Source: a virus (Duplodnaviria; Caudoviricetes). Taken from it: DNA of 64,000 bases. The translations under genes and the position numbers were made by a program. Location of the stretch: positions 233,652 through 297,651 of the IMG/VR virus record IMGVR_UViG_3300002835_000001. One strand, 5' to 3'. This document shows positions 1-9,595 of the stretch, one piece after another (positions within the stretch are counted from its first letter, which is position 1; every line of letters starts with the position of its first letter). The notes under the pieces were generated by a model, which was given only the letters and a program-made list of their open reading frames with translations, searched no databases and was not told the DNA's origin.

Positions 1-153
1 ACAGCATTAAGAACCTATAAGAATAGAGTTCAAAAAACTAAGCAAATTCAAAAATTGAGGGAAAGGAAGGAATTTGTTAAACCTTCAGTCACTAAAAGGA
101 AGGAAGTTTTAAAAGCGGTATATGTTCAACAAATAAAAAATGGTCTTAATTAA
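1..153 (+). CDS. rpsU: Ribosomal protein bS21, 5'-truncated by the window edge (not in the ORF track)
   Basis: Frame 1 reads TALRTYKNRVQKTKQIQKLRERKEFVKPSVTKRKEVLKAVYVQQIKNGLN*. This matches the bS21 pattern ALxxYKxK...LRERxEFVKPSVxR and the Bacteroidota-type KAxY tail. Confidence 0.9.
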   Translation, partial: TALRTYKNRVQKTKQIQKLRERKEFVKPSVTKRKEVLKAVYVQQIKNGLN

Positions 154-165
154 GACCATTTTTTA
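134..165. terminator. Perfect 32-bp palindrome, probable bidirectional terminator shared by convergent genes
   Basis: TAAAAAATGGTCTTAATTAAGACCATTTTTTA is its own reverse complement and has a U-run on each strand. It contains both stop codons. Confidence 0.6.
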
Positions 166-892
166 ATTCTGTTAATCTGTAGTAGTTGTACTTAGATGTT
201 GTCATTTGACTAACTTCATCTTTTACTTTATTTAGTTTAGTGGTTAAATCGGGGTCGTTCGATTCACTTAAAAGTGTAGATACCTGATTAATGATTGATT
301 CTTGTAATTCATTGCTCTTAGTAATTAAATCATCATAAGAAATTGATAAAATATTTTTTAATTCTTCTTTTTGTGATTCTGATAATGTGTTAGAATATAA
401 TACGTTAAAATTGTTTGCTAATACCGCTTGTAGTAATGTTTCGTTAGGAACAACAGTCGAATCTTTAGATTCTTTAATTTCCTTTTTAGTTGTTAAATGT
501 TCTACTAATTTCTTTTTTGCAATAACTTTCTTTTCAATATTTGATAATGAATCTTTTTCTGATAACATATCTAAAGATTCATATAATTCTTTAGTTTCGA
601 TTTCAACCTCACCTAATTTAGTATTTAAAGATTCACAAAACATATTTAAACTATCCCAATTACCTATTGGTTGACCAAAATATGTATTTAATCCCTCAAC
701 ATATAATTTTGCTGTTTCTTTATCCTCAATATATTTGTTTTCAATTTCTTCGTAAAACAAGTACATTTCTTTAAAGTCTTTGTTTTCTTTGATTGTGGCT
801 AATATATTCTTAATTTCTGTCTTATTTTCATTTGCATAAGATTCAGTCAATTTGTTTAATAATTTAGATTTAAGTGCCCCAAATTTGTTCAT
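146..892 (-). CDS. Hypothetical helical protein downstream of portal
   Basis: 248-aa ORF starting 2 nt after the portal stop. No recognised motif. Confidence 0.75.
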   Translation of the reverse strand: MNKFGALKSKLLNKLTESYANENKTEIKNILATIKENKDFKEMYLFYEEIENKYIEDKETAKLYVEGLNTYFGQPIGNWDSLNMFCESLNTKLGEVEIETKELYESLDMLSEKDSLSNIEKKVIAKKKLVEHLTTKKEIKESKDSTVVPNETLLQAVLANNFNVLYSNTLSESQKEELKNILSISYDDLITKSNELQESIINQVSTLLSESNDPDLTTKLNKVKDEVSQMTTSKYNYYRLTELKNGLN

Positions 893-894
893 TT

Positions 895-2706
895 TTAGTC
901 GTTTAAAATATCGTTCAATTTATTTTCTATTTCATAAATATTCTGTTGTGCCTTTTCCATGTCAAACAAAACATTAAAATCTTCTTTTTCTTCACCTAAC
1001 ATACCTAATATTTTTGATTTTTTAGATGTTGCTTCACTTAAAGGAGCTTCTCCTCCTCCACCCGCCGCTGGAGGTGGTGGTATTCCTCCCATGTCTCCAC
1101 CAGCACCCTCACCTCCGGATGCTGCTGCTTCTGCTGCCGCTCTCTCCTCTTCAGGAATTCCATATTTCTTATCAACCTCATCAAATACACCAGAACGTTT
1201 AATAATAAGTTGACTATTTTGTAATTCAAAACCTACCGCTCTTTCTAAACGTTGTTGTTGTAAATCAAGTAATACCTCACTATCACTCATACCTAAGATA
1301 TTTTTCTTAGCCCATGTATGTGATACTGGTAAGATACCTACTTGAGATTGATCAGATGTCGCATCTTTGTAAAGAGTAATCTTTTCCTTCCATGTTTCAA
1401 TCTTTAATAAATCTGATTGCTGTGATGGGTTAGTTAACGATAATGAAAAACTATTTAAATCATCTTCTAATCCTAATAAATAAAGATGCATTAATGCAAT
1501 TTTATTTAATTCTTGAATTAACGATTTTTGTATTTTATTGATTGTTCTTGCAAAACGAATATCCATCAATGCAAGATTCTTACCATCACCAACAACTTCT
1601 TCAAAACCTAAGAAAGCTTTAGGGATACGTAAAGCCGCCAATAATTTCTTTTGAATATATTCAATATCTGCAATTTCGCCCAAGTTCTGAGCTCCTGGTA
1701 ATGTTTCGATTGGATTTGTTTGTGACGGGTCACGAACAGGTATGAAATAATCTTGGTCTACAGCCATTTGATTGTATCTCATATCCACGTTACCATTACG
1801 TGGGTCTTGTATTTGGTCTCTTTTAAATTTATTGGCAACACGTTGTACATATGGTTCAATATCTTTATCGTCCATATTACCAACAAACACCTTGAACACA
1901 CGTCTTTCAGGTGCTCTTGATGTTCTATAAATTAACATTGCATCTTCAGCAAGTAAAAGTTGTTTCCAAATTCTTCTAATCTTATCTAACATAGAAGTAC
2001 CATATGGTAACTTTCTATCGTCACCCAATAATCTAAAGTGAGCAACTTCCCAAGCTTGGAATTCCATATCTTTGTTCTTCCAAGTAAATCTTAATTCTCT
2101 TGTTGGTAGTTTTAAATCAGAACTTTGATTTGGACTTTTTCCTGTTGCACCCTCTAACCTCTCTATTTCAATATTCGGTAATTGTTGGCAACCAATAATA
2201 CCCTTTTCTGGATCAATTTTTAAATAAACAAAATCGTCACCATACTTACAAAGACCTCTTGCCCACATTTGTAAATTGGTATTTATATCTAACTTATTAT
2301 TAAATAAGTCCACTAAAATACTTTTAACTCTATCTGATTCTGAATATATGGTTAATATTTCACCCTTTTCGGACATTGTTGTAGATTCTTCAGCGTATAT
2401 GTCTAACGACGCTGAAATTTCAGGAGTAAACTCCATAGACTCGTAGTCATAATATGCTGCCAATCTATTTGGTTCGTAATAAACAGATTGATTATAAACC
2501 GATTGGTCTAACTTGGTCCATTTATCTGCAATGTATTGCGATTGTTGTGCTTGCAACATCGCCTTTTCGTAGTCTTCTCTACTATCTGTTTTTAATAACT
2601 CATCTTTGTTAAAATTAAAAGATGGTGTTTTATCCTTAATCGATTGACCCGGATAACCAAACATTCTTGTTAGTTTCTGAAAGACGGTGTAATTCTGTTC
2701 TGCCAT
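895..2706 (-). CDS. Portal protein, T4 gp20-like
   Basis: Motifs include YESMEFTPEISASLDIYAEE, HFRL, YGTSMLD, EDAMLIYRTSRAPERRVFKVFVGNM, DYFIPVR, IETLPGAQNLGEIADIEY, ALRIPKAFL and RFARTI. Confidence 0.92.
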   Translation of the reverse strand: MAEQNYTVFQKLTRMFGYPGQSIKDKTPSFNFNKDELLKTDSREDYEKAMLQAQQSQYIADKWTKLDQSVYNQSVYYEPNRLAAYYDYESMEFTPEISASLDIYAEESTTMSEKGEILTIYSESDRVKSILVDLFNNKLDINTNLQMWARGLCKYGDDFVYLKIDPEKGIIGCQQLPNIEIERLEGATGKSPNQSSDLKLPTRELRFTWKNKDMEFQAWEVAHFRLLGDDRKLPYGTSMLDKIRRIWKQLLLAEDAMLIYRTSRAPERRVFKVFVGNMDDKDIEPYVQRVANKFKRDQIQDPRNGNVDMRYNQMAVDQDYFIPVRDPSQTNPIETLPGAQNLGEIADIEYIQKKLLAALRIPKAFLGFEEVVGDGKNLALMDIRFARTINKIQKSLIQELNKIALMHLYLLGLEDDLNSFSLSLTNPSQQSDLLKIETWKEKITLYKDATSDQSQVGILPVSHTWAKKNILGMSDSEVLLDLQQQRLERAVGFELQNSQLIIKRSGVFDEVDKKYGIPEEERAAAEAAASGGEGAGGDMGGIPPPPAAGGGGEAPLSEATSKKSKILGMLGEEKEDFNVLFDMEKAQQNIYEIENKLNDILND

Positions 2707-2759
2707 ATCTATAAATACTTTTCTTTATAATATAAACTAAATTATTAGTAATTGGAACA

Positions 2760-4535
2760 TTATTTTGATCTTCCAAATAACCAATTATATTCTTGATATT
2801 GGTTCTTACCGGGTACGTTACGTATATCTTTAAATGCTGGATTATCGTCAAACCCCATTGATCCTATTTGGTCGAAAGCGGTCCCATATGAGTAAAAAGA
2901 CTTATTTGGTTCGTATGTACGTTCACTCATTGTCCAAGAATCTAACATTGCTTTGTTAGCATTTTCATTCTTTTGTAATAAGTTAAAAGATACGTCTGCA
3001 GCGTATAATGCCATTGACATACCCATAATGGCATCATCGTGTGAACCTTTCATATGGTCAGGTCTTCCATTCATGTAAACAAACGTATTGAGTTCGTTTA
3101 ATAATCTTGCAGATCTAACAATAAATCCCTTCCTAAGTTGCTCTTCAAATGCGGCAACAATTTGAGTTCTTTTATTATTGAAGTTAAGTCCTGGTATTTT
3201 CTCCATCGCTTTGGCGTTATAGTCCCAAATGTTTTGAGTATTAACTCCTTCAATGTAAACATTCTTATAGTTTAACTCAGTTAATTTTCTTGATGTGGCA
3301 ACACCCATACCACCTGTAATATCCGTAACAATAAACGCATTACCATATAAAATAGCCCATTTATATGCAACGGCAGCTAAATCATCAGGAGGTATTTTAC
3401 CAATATATTCCGCAACCTGTTCTCTATCATCAAAATCAATAATTGATATTGCTGAAAAATCCTCACTATCTCCTCTACTCACATCCACCCCCATAATATA
3501 ACGATGACCGATGATTGGTTCTTTCCATTGCCAAAATGTGGCTTGCATGTATTTTTCAATTGGTTCTCTTATCATGTTCTTAGCAATATTCTCTTGAATA
3601 TCGCCAGGAATAACACCATCTCCCGAACCTAAGAAATCACATTCCAACTCCTGAGCTATCTTACGTCTATCATATTTAAATTTCTTAGACATTGACTCAA
3701 ACCAAGATGAAAATGGTTTATAACCGTCTTCTAAAAGTTTTAGATATTCTTTCATGTCAAAATCATGTAGAACAACTTCATCATCATTATATTGTTCTCT
3801 ATTTAACATGTAATGACAGATGTCTTGACATTTTATCCAACGTAAATCTTTGGTGTAACGAGGGTCTTTAAACCATCTTAAATCGGTTATATGGAAATCA
3901 TTGATTCCACGTAATGCTTGGTCGTAAACACCATAATAGATGGGGTCGTAACCATTTGGAGTTGAGATAAGAATAATCTTACCACCCGTTGATAGGGACG
4001 CCATAGAGGCCGCCCAAAAATCATCTCCCGCTTCAATGTATGCCGCCTCATCAAATACAAGTATGGTAGGTGTGTAACCACGAAGGGCATCCGCTGATGT
4101 TGCAACCGCCTTAACCTCACATCCATTGTTTAATCTAAATCTACTTTCTGAGTTTTTATCGGGTGAGAACCCAACATTAATCCATTCAGGCCATTGTTCT
4201 AAGAAATGTCTAACCTTATTAGCCATCTCCACCGCAGTATCACGTTTGTTCGCAATAAGTAGAACTCTCTCAGGATTATCTGGTTTTGCTAATTGTAATT
4301 TTTTTGATAACCAAGCAGCCGTTACTGTTGTAACACCGGCTTGTCTATATTTTCTTGTAATATTTTCGTTGTAATCTTCGTAGTCCTGTATTAGTTGAAT
4401 TTGGTCTTCAAATAAGTCCATTGGGACATATTTCTTCTGTGTATTATCAAATGTCTGTAAATACGTTCTAAGTGCATATGGGGTATCTTTTATAATCTTA
4501 GCATACTCCATTAATTGTTCTGCTCTACTATTCAT
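2760..4535 (-). CDS. Terminase large subunit, T4 gp17-like
   Basis: Walker-A-like KYRQAGVTT, Walker B ILVFDEAAYI, motif III ISTPNG, nuclease GVDVSRGDSEDFS and HDDAIM. Confidence 0.95.
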   Translation of the reverse strand: MNSRAEQLMEYAKIIKDTPYALRTYLQTFDNTQKKYVPMDLFEDQIQLIQDYEDYNENITRKYRQAGVTTVTAAWLSKKLQLAKPDNPERVLLIANKRDTAVEMANKVRHFLEQWPEWINVGFSPDKNSESRFRLNNGCEVKAVATSADALRGYTPTILVFDEAAYIEAGDDFWAASMASLSTGGKIILISTPNGYDPIYYGVYDQALRGINDFHITDLRWFKDPRYTKDLRWIKCQDICHYMLNREQYNDDEVVLHDFDMKEYLKLLEDGYKPFSSWFESMSKKFKYDRRKIAQELECDFLGSGDGVIPGDIQENIAKNMIREPIEKYMQATFWQWKEPIIGHRYIMGVDVSRGDSEDFSAISIIDFDDREQVAEYIGKIPPDDLAAVAYKWAILYGNAFIVTDITGGMGVATSRKLTELNYKNVYIEGVNTQNIWDYNAKAMEKIPGLNFNNKRTQIVAAFEEQLRKGFIVRSARLLNELNTFVYMNGRPDHMKGSHDDAIMGMSMALYAADVSFNLLQKNENANKAMLDSWTMSERTYEPNKSFYSYGTAFDQIGSMGFDDNPAFKDIRNVPGKNQYQEYNWLFGRSK

Positions 4536-4577
4536 ATATATAAATACAAAAAAAGGTGGTTAAAACCACCTTTTCAA

Positions 4578-5774
4578 TTATTCATCGTCATCGTCATATG
4601 TTGACATACTATCATCGTAGTAATTTTTATTAATATCTTTCCTAATGGAATCATAATAATCTTTAATCATTTTTTCACCTTTTGAAGTCTTTCCTATTAC
4701 TTCTTTCATCATTGTTAAAAACTCTTTAGCTTCTAATGTGTAAAGGCTAGATAAAAAATATGATTGTAAACCTTCTTCATTTTCATCAATAACAACTTCA
4801 TCGGGTAACATACCTCTTACTCTATTCCATATTGATGGTCCTAATCTTAAATCCCACATTTCTTTGTCCATAGTGTCTTCATAACCTGAAACCTTATTCC
4901 ATAACTCCTCATCAAAATCACCATTTTCATCTCTTGGTCTTCCGTGTACTGCAAGTAATTCTAAATAACCTTTTATACATTCATGAACGGCAACAGGAAA
5001 ATTCTGTGCTCGTACTTTAATGATTGGTGGTTCCCCTTGTTCAATTTCTTCGGTGCCAGCAACTTGTCCCGATTTACCCATTTGTGACAAAAATATATCA
5101 GGAAATTGCCAATAAGTCGTGTCATTTATTGACATCATAACACCATATAAATCTAAAATAGTTTCACTTTTAGTTATATCTAAAATCTCCTCACTAACCA
5201 AATGATACGAATAATGACCTTTTTTAGATGCTCCCTGACTAATTGCATTAATTAATCTTCGTTTAGCTCTTTCTAAATTTAATCTTTCAAAATCACCATC
5301 AATCTCATTATCTAAATCAACCTGAGGTATTTGGATAGTTTCTTCATCATCCATATTAAAATTATCCGTAGATATACTGCTACCATCAACAATTTTTACA
5401 TCCCATTGAATTGAATCTTTTGGTATATGAAATTCATTCATAACTAATTTGATTGCTAATTGTTCCAGTTCGGGTCTAACATTCCTTTCAATTCTAATAA
5501 TCTCAAAGTGAGATCTCATCATAAATGAGGAGAATTCACTATATTGTGATTTGTTATTTAAATTTATTTTATTTGGATAATGTGGACCTAAATAATGATT
5601 AACATTAGATATAACTTCTTGATATCTTTCTGATGCCAATAACTCTTGAAAGTTTTGTTCTTGTGAATTTTCACAAATTGGCATAGGTATTTTAGTTAAT
5701 GAAGTGTCTTCATTTTTTAATTTATGTTGTAAACCTCTATCGGGTCTATCAACACTTGAGAAATTCATTGCCAT
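4578..5774 (-). CDS. Hypothetical acidic protein in the head module
   Basis: 398-aa ORF co-directional with terL. No family recognised. Confidence 0.75.
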   Translation of the reverse strand: MAMNFSSVDRPDRGLQHKLKNEDTSLTKIPMPICENSQEQNFQELLASERYQEVISNVNHYLGPHYPNKINLNNKSQYSEFSSFMMRSHFEIIRIERNVRPELEQLAIKLVMNEFHIPKDSIQWDVKIVDGSSISTDNFNMDDEETIQIPQVDLDNEIDGDFERLNLERAKRRLINAISQGASKKGHYSYHLVSEEILDITKSETILDLYGVMMSINDTTYWQFPDIFLSQMGKSGQVAGTEEIEQGEPPIIKVRAQNFPVAVHECIKGYLELLAVHGRPRDENGDFDEELWNKVSGYEDTMDKEMWDLRLGPSIWNRVRGMLPDEVVIDENEEGLQSYFLSSLYTLEAKEFLTMMKEVIGKTSKGEKMIKDYYDSIRKDINKNYYDDSMSTYDDDDE

Positions 5775-5827
5775 ACGTTTAAATTATATTAAGGCTAATA
5801 TAAGATTTATTTCTTATAATACCTAAT

Positions 5828-6430
5828 TTAAACCTTACTTTTCTCAGCTTTTGGTTTTGGTTTTGTAAATGGACCCGGTTGATTTGGGTTATGAGGTTTC
5901 GGTTTTGTACCTGGCGTAACCTTTGGTTTAGATGGTTTTGTCTCAACATCACCATCTGATGAAGATTCATAGGTCATAAATTCAGGAACATCGTTATGTC
6001 CAATATTAACGTTTGGACCCGCCTCTTGTAATTTAAATTGTATCATTTCCATAATTTCATTTTTAGATGTGAAACTATGATAGTTATTTTCCGCTAAAGA
6101 TTCAACCCATTCTTTAACTTCTTTGTCTTTTGTATCTGTTTTAACTGATTTTTTTTTCTTTTGACCCTTTAATATTTTAAAATCTTGTCCATCAATTTTA
6201 CCATTGTGGTTCTTGTCTAATTTCTTTTGATTACCTTTTAAGTCCTCTTTTACCTCAACTTCAATATTTGGGTCGTTCGCAATTGCTTGTAATTTGGGAT
6301 CTCTTAATTTCTCAGCATCAATAACCATTCTTTCATGTAAATCAGAAAGTTGTTTATCGCTGAAATTAACTAACGTTTTTTCAGACATACCCTCACTTAT
6401 TAACATCTTAACTAATTCTGACCTTTTCAT
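5828..6430 (-). CDS. Hypothetical head-associated protein with an EF-hand-like loop
   Basis: Contains LDKNHNGKIDGQDF (DxNxxGxID) and a Pro/Lys-rich tail. Confidence 0.7.
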   Translation of the reverse strand: MKRSELVKMLISEGMSEKTLVNFSDKQLSDLHERMVIDAEKLRDPKLQAIANDPNIEVEVKEDLKGNQKKLDKNHNGKIDGQDFKILKGQKKKKSVKTDTKDKEVKEWVESLAENNYHSFTSKNEIMEMIQFKLQEAGPNVNIGHNDVPEFMTYESSSDGDVETKPSKPKVTPGTKPKPHNPNQPGPFTKPKPKAEKSKV

Positions 6431-6828
6431 GATTCTTTAATTTTTAATTCTTCTTTTATTAAAAGATATTCTCTTTGTTTTAATTTTTTTGTTACACTTT
6501 CTAATGATTCACCAAATTTAAATGATATTCTCTCAAATTCGGAATCAAAATTAAATTTTTCCCATCCCAACGCAACTACACCATCTACTGCATCAATAAC
6601 TCCGAAATAATCGGAGTCTTGAATTAATTCTAAATGTAAATCGGTATCTTTTAATAATCCAACTAAATCAACGTATTCCACCTCAGGTGATTTTGGTTGA
6701 GATGTTGAGGAGGATGGGATAACAAACCATTCATCCATATCTATTTCTGTACTCTCACTAAAAATGAATTCGTATTGTTTTTGACCTTTATAGTCTGAAC
6801 CAATTTCATTTATATAGATTAACTTCAT
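6427..6828 (-). CDS. Hypothetical protein
   Basis: 133-aa ORF with overlapping start/stop codons at both ends. Confidence 0.75.
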   Translation of the reverse strand: MKLIYINEIGSDYKGQKQYEFIFSESTEIDMDEWFVIPSSSTSQPKSPEVEYVDLVGLLKDTDLHLELIQDSDYFGVIDAVDGVVALGWEKFNFDSEFERISFKFGESLESVTKKLKQREYLLIKEELKIKES

Positions 6829-7892
6829 TATTTGAAATATTTTCCTAATGTTGTTTGAATACTATTGTTAATCTCCTTTTTCATTTCTTCCAAATCTAAC
6901 TCAACTTCCTCATCCATAGGTTCTTCTATTGGATGACTATCTTCACCAAAGTCTACTCGAACATTTTCAGAAAAGTCTACATTAACATCTTCCTCCATTT
7001 CTAAATCAGCATAATCCGCTAAACTAGTCTCTTCAGTATCAAAATCCGACGAAGAGTTTATAAAATTTTCTAACGCATCCATTGTTGTGTCATATCCTTC
7101 ACCAATTTCAGAATCTACAGGTTCTTCCGCAGATACCTCATCTTCAGGTGACGGCTCTTCAGAAGGAACTTCTTCGCCATCTTGTTTTTCGTCACGTTCA
7201 AATTTCTTAGCAATATCTTCAATATCATCATCTTCTAACTTATCTAAATTAACAGCAGAAATAATCATATTAAGAACATATTTTATATCATCACTTTCCA
7301 TTGATTCGTGTTGGTCTCTTAATTCTTGACCTAACTTACCTGCAAATTTTTGTACTTCCGCCATGTAACTTGATCTTTTTCCTGATGCATCGTCTTCACC
7401 ATCTACAGGTGCTTCCGGTGCTGGTTCTTCAGCTGGTACTTCAGGTGATGGTTCTTCAGATGGTACTTCAGGTGCCGGTTCTTCAGCTGGCGTAGGTATA
7501 GGAGCGTTTGCTGCCGGATCACTCATAGGAGATTCACTTTTAGGTGAACTTGGTTTTAAAACGTATTTCGTTGCCTCTTGTAATTCTTCCTGTCCTTTTA
7601 ATAGGTCTAATCTTTTAAACGCTTCAGAGTATGATGAAAATTTGTTTTTGTTTTTCATGAACATACCACCAATATAATCAAGTGATGATTCATTTAATCC
7701 TCTTTTAACGTAGTATCCGTCTTTTTCTTTAACGATACCAAAAAATCCACCCGTTGTGGATTCCTTTACTAATTCTGGTTTTACAGAAGAAGACTTTTTA
7801 TTATTTTGATTAAAGTAAGTTAATTCGAGAATTCTTTTTAATTTCTCGTCGCCATTAAGCTTCTCACTTCCTAGAGGTTTGATGTCTGCCAT
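6828..7892 (-). CDS. Acidic low-complexity protein, possibly prohead core/scaffold-like
   Basis: Very E/D/P-rich (EEPAPEVPSEEPSPE repeats). TATTTATA motif upstream at 7926-7933. The function is inferred from composition and position only. Confidence 0.55.
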   Translation of the reverse strand: MADIKPLGSEKLNGDEKLKRILELTYFNQNNKKSSSVKPELVKESTTGGFFGIVKEKDGYYVKRGLNESSLDYIGGMFMKNKNKFSSYSEAFKRLDLLKGQEELQEATKYVLKPSSPKSESPMSDPAANAPIPTPAEEPAPEVPSEEPSPEVPAEEPAPEAPVDGEDDASGKRSSYMAEVQKFAGKLGQELRDQHESMESDDIKYVLNMIISAVNLDKLEDDDIEDIAKKFERDEKQDGEEVPSEEPSPEDEVSAEEPVDSEIGEGYDTTMDALENFINSSSDFDTEETSLADYADLEMEEDVNVDFSENVRVDFGEDSHPIEEPMDEEVELDLEEMKKEINNSIQTTLGKYFK

Positions 7893-7962
7893 TGTTTTTA
7901 TATTAAGATAAACTTATTCTTATCCTATAAATACATAGATATAGGGAAAAAAATAAGGTTCT

Positions 7963-8736
7963 TTATTGTGTTATGGACAATTTTTTGTTTGAAATGTCCG
8001 TTTTTAGTTTTAAAAGTTTCTCTATATATCCGTTTCTTCGAAGTAATTTGAAGGTTAAGTTCTCATATGAGTACTCTCCTCCTGATTCAAGACCACTTTG
8101 TCTAAACTCTTTAATTTTACTTCTTAGTGTTTCAATATCTGAAGTTACGTCTTTTTTACTACCTAATTTAATAAGTCTATCTATTTTTTTTGCGTACTCT
8201 TCACCCTTTTCTAATATTTTTCTATCGTCAATATTAGCCTGTTCCTTTTTAGGTTCAATAACCCATTCGTTATTTAAAATAGAATAAACACCAGATGAAA
8301 TGTGTTCCTCATTAACATCTTGTACGTATATTTCAACATCATACCCCTTTATTTTGATGTCGTATTTTTCGTTCCATACGTTTTTCTTAGCATCAAAAAA
8401 TTCTTTCAATATTGCATGAAAAGACGATGAGTTTTTATCTTTATTGATACTATCAAAATCTATAAGAATGTGTAAATCAACGTCAGAATATTGTGACCAA
8501 TTATAGTTAGAAAGTGACCCCGTTAATACGATATCATGTATAAACACATCAACATTCAAAGAGTCCACGAAATCATTTGTTATTACTAGTAATCTTTTTC
8601 TTATATCGTCTCGCATAGAAAAAGATTTACCACTAACCTCAAATATTTGGTCAGATAGTGAATCTTTAGGTTTAAAAGAACCTACGATTTTTTCGTCCTC
8701 ACCCCTATCTTCAATTAATTCTTCAAATAAACTCAT
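7963..8736 (-). CDS. Pol-beta superfamily nucleotidyltransferase
   Basis: IVLTGSLSNYNWSQYSDVDLHILID (GS...DxD) plus a third carboxylate strand DVEIYVQD. Confidence 0.8.
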   Translation of the reverse strand: MSLFEELIEDRGEDEKIVGSFKPKDSLSDQIFEVSGKSFSMRDDIRKRLLVITNDFVDSLNVDVFIHDIVLTGSLSNYNWSQYSDVDLHILIDFDSINKDKNSSSFHAILKEFFDAKKNVWNEKYDIKIKGYDVEIYVQDVNEEHISSGVYSILNNEWVIEPKKEQANIDDRKILEKGEEYAKKIDRLIKLGSKKDVTSDIETLRSKIKEFRQSGLESGGEYSYENLTFKLLRRNGYIEKLLKLKTDISNKKLSITQ

Positions 8737-8978
8737 CCTTTCTTTATGTACTTATGACTTCTGGCGATATTCTCGTTGAAGTATTTTCCTTGTGATTCAG
8801 CAAGTCTAAACTTAGTGAACTTATTCCAAGGAACTTTATTATACTCATAAATAGCACCATTGTTAAAAGTTACCGTTAAGTCTTCCGTTTCGGTATTGAA
8901 AGATGCTGTCTTTAAATTAGATGAATTGATTATAACATCAATTACCTTTCCATTAATTGTTTCTGATATAATTGCCAT
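8733..8978 (-). CDS. KTSC domain protein
   Basis: SSNLKTASFNTETEDLTVTFNNGAIYEYNKVP...AESQGKYFNENI. Likely start is MAIISE at 8978. Confidence 0.88.
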   Translation of the reverse strand: MAIISETINGKVIDVIINSSNLKTASFNTETEDLTVTFNNGAIYEYNKVPWNKFTKFRLAESQGKYFNENIARSHKYIKKG

Positions 8979-9053
8979 ATTTGATATTTTTAATGTTATA
9001 ATATACATAATAAATATCAAATAAAAAACCCTCGATAAATCGAGGGTTCAATG

Positions 9054-9422
9054 TTAGTTAAGTGAAATCAACCTTTCAACTGATTTCTTTTTACTTTTAG
9101 GTAGAATAATTTCAATTACTCCATTTTCCACACCACCTACAATATTTTTCTCATCAACATCATCAGGTACGTTGTATGATTTTTTAAATGAATTAGTAAA
9201 TGTGAATTCATCACCCTCTTTTTCATGTGATATGGTTAATTTACTTTCCTTTAATGATATTTTAACATCATCTTTAGAAAGTCCTGGAACCGATAATAGG
9301 ACCTTATAACCATCTTCTGTTGTGGTAATGTTAGAGTTAATTCTGTTATCCACCTTCAAGTAGGCTTCATCAAACACTTTATCAAAAGTGTTAAAAAACG
9401 GGTCTTTAAATAATGTAATCAT
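9054..9422 (-). CDS. Small heat shock protein (Hsp20/alpha-crystallin)
   Basis: YKVLLSVPGLSKDDVKISL, FKKSYNVPDDVD, ENGVIEIILPK and an IxI/V tail (ISLN). Confidence 0.92.
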   Translation of the reverse strand: MITLFKDPFFNTFDKVFDEAYLKVDNRINSNITTTEDGYKVLLSVPGLSKDDVKISLKESKLTISHEKEGDEFTFTNSFKKSYNVPDDVDEKNIVGGVENGVIEIILPKSKKKSVERLISLN

Positions 9423-9493
9423 AGTTTTGTTTTTTTTATTTTACATATTATTAATTTTTCATTTTACAAATTGCAAACCAAACGTCTAAAACT

Positions 9494-9538
9494 GACATTT
9501 AGACATTCGTTAGACATTTTTTTAGACATTTTGACATT
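9494..9538. repeat. Five GACATT direct repeats between divergent hsp20 and clpC-like genes
   Basis: GACATT at 9494, 9502, 9513, 9525 and 9533. Confidence 0.8.
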
Positions 9539-9540
9539 TA

Positions 9541-9572
9541 TTTGTTTTTTAGAATGAAATGTGTTATGTTTG
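9541..9572 (+). promoter_or_regulatory. Bacteroidota-type sigma promoter for the Clp ATPase
   Basis: TTTG (9541-9544), 20 nt, then TATGTTTG (9565-9572), fitting TTTG/TAnnTTTG. Confidence 0.6.
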
Positions 9573-9595
9573 TAGAAACTAAACGTAAAAATAGT

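Noticed and set aside
2760-4535. Intein or intron in terminase or portal
   Set aside because: Motif spacing is continuous and there are no splicing motifs.
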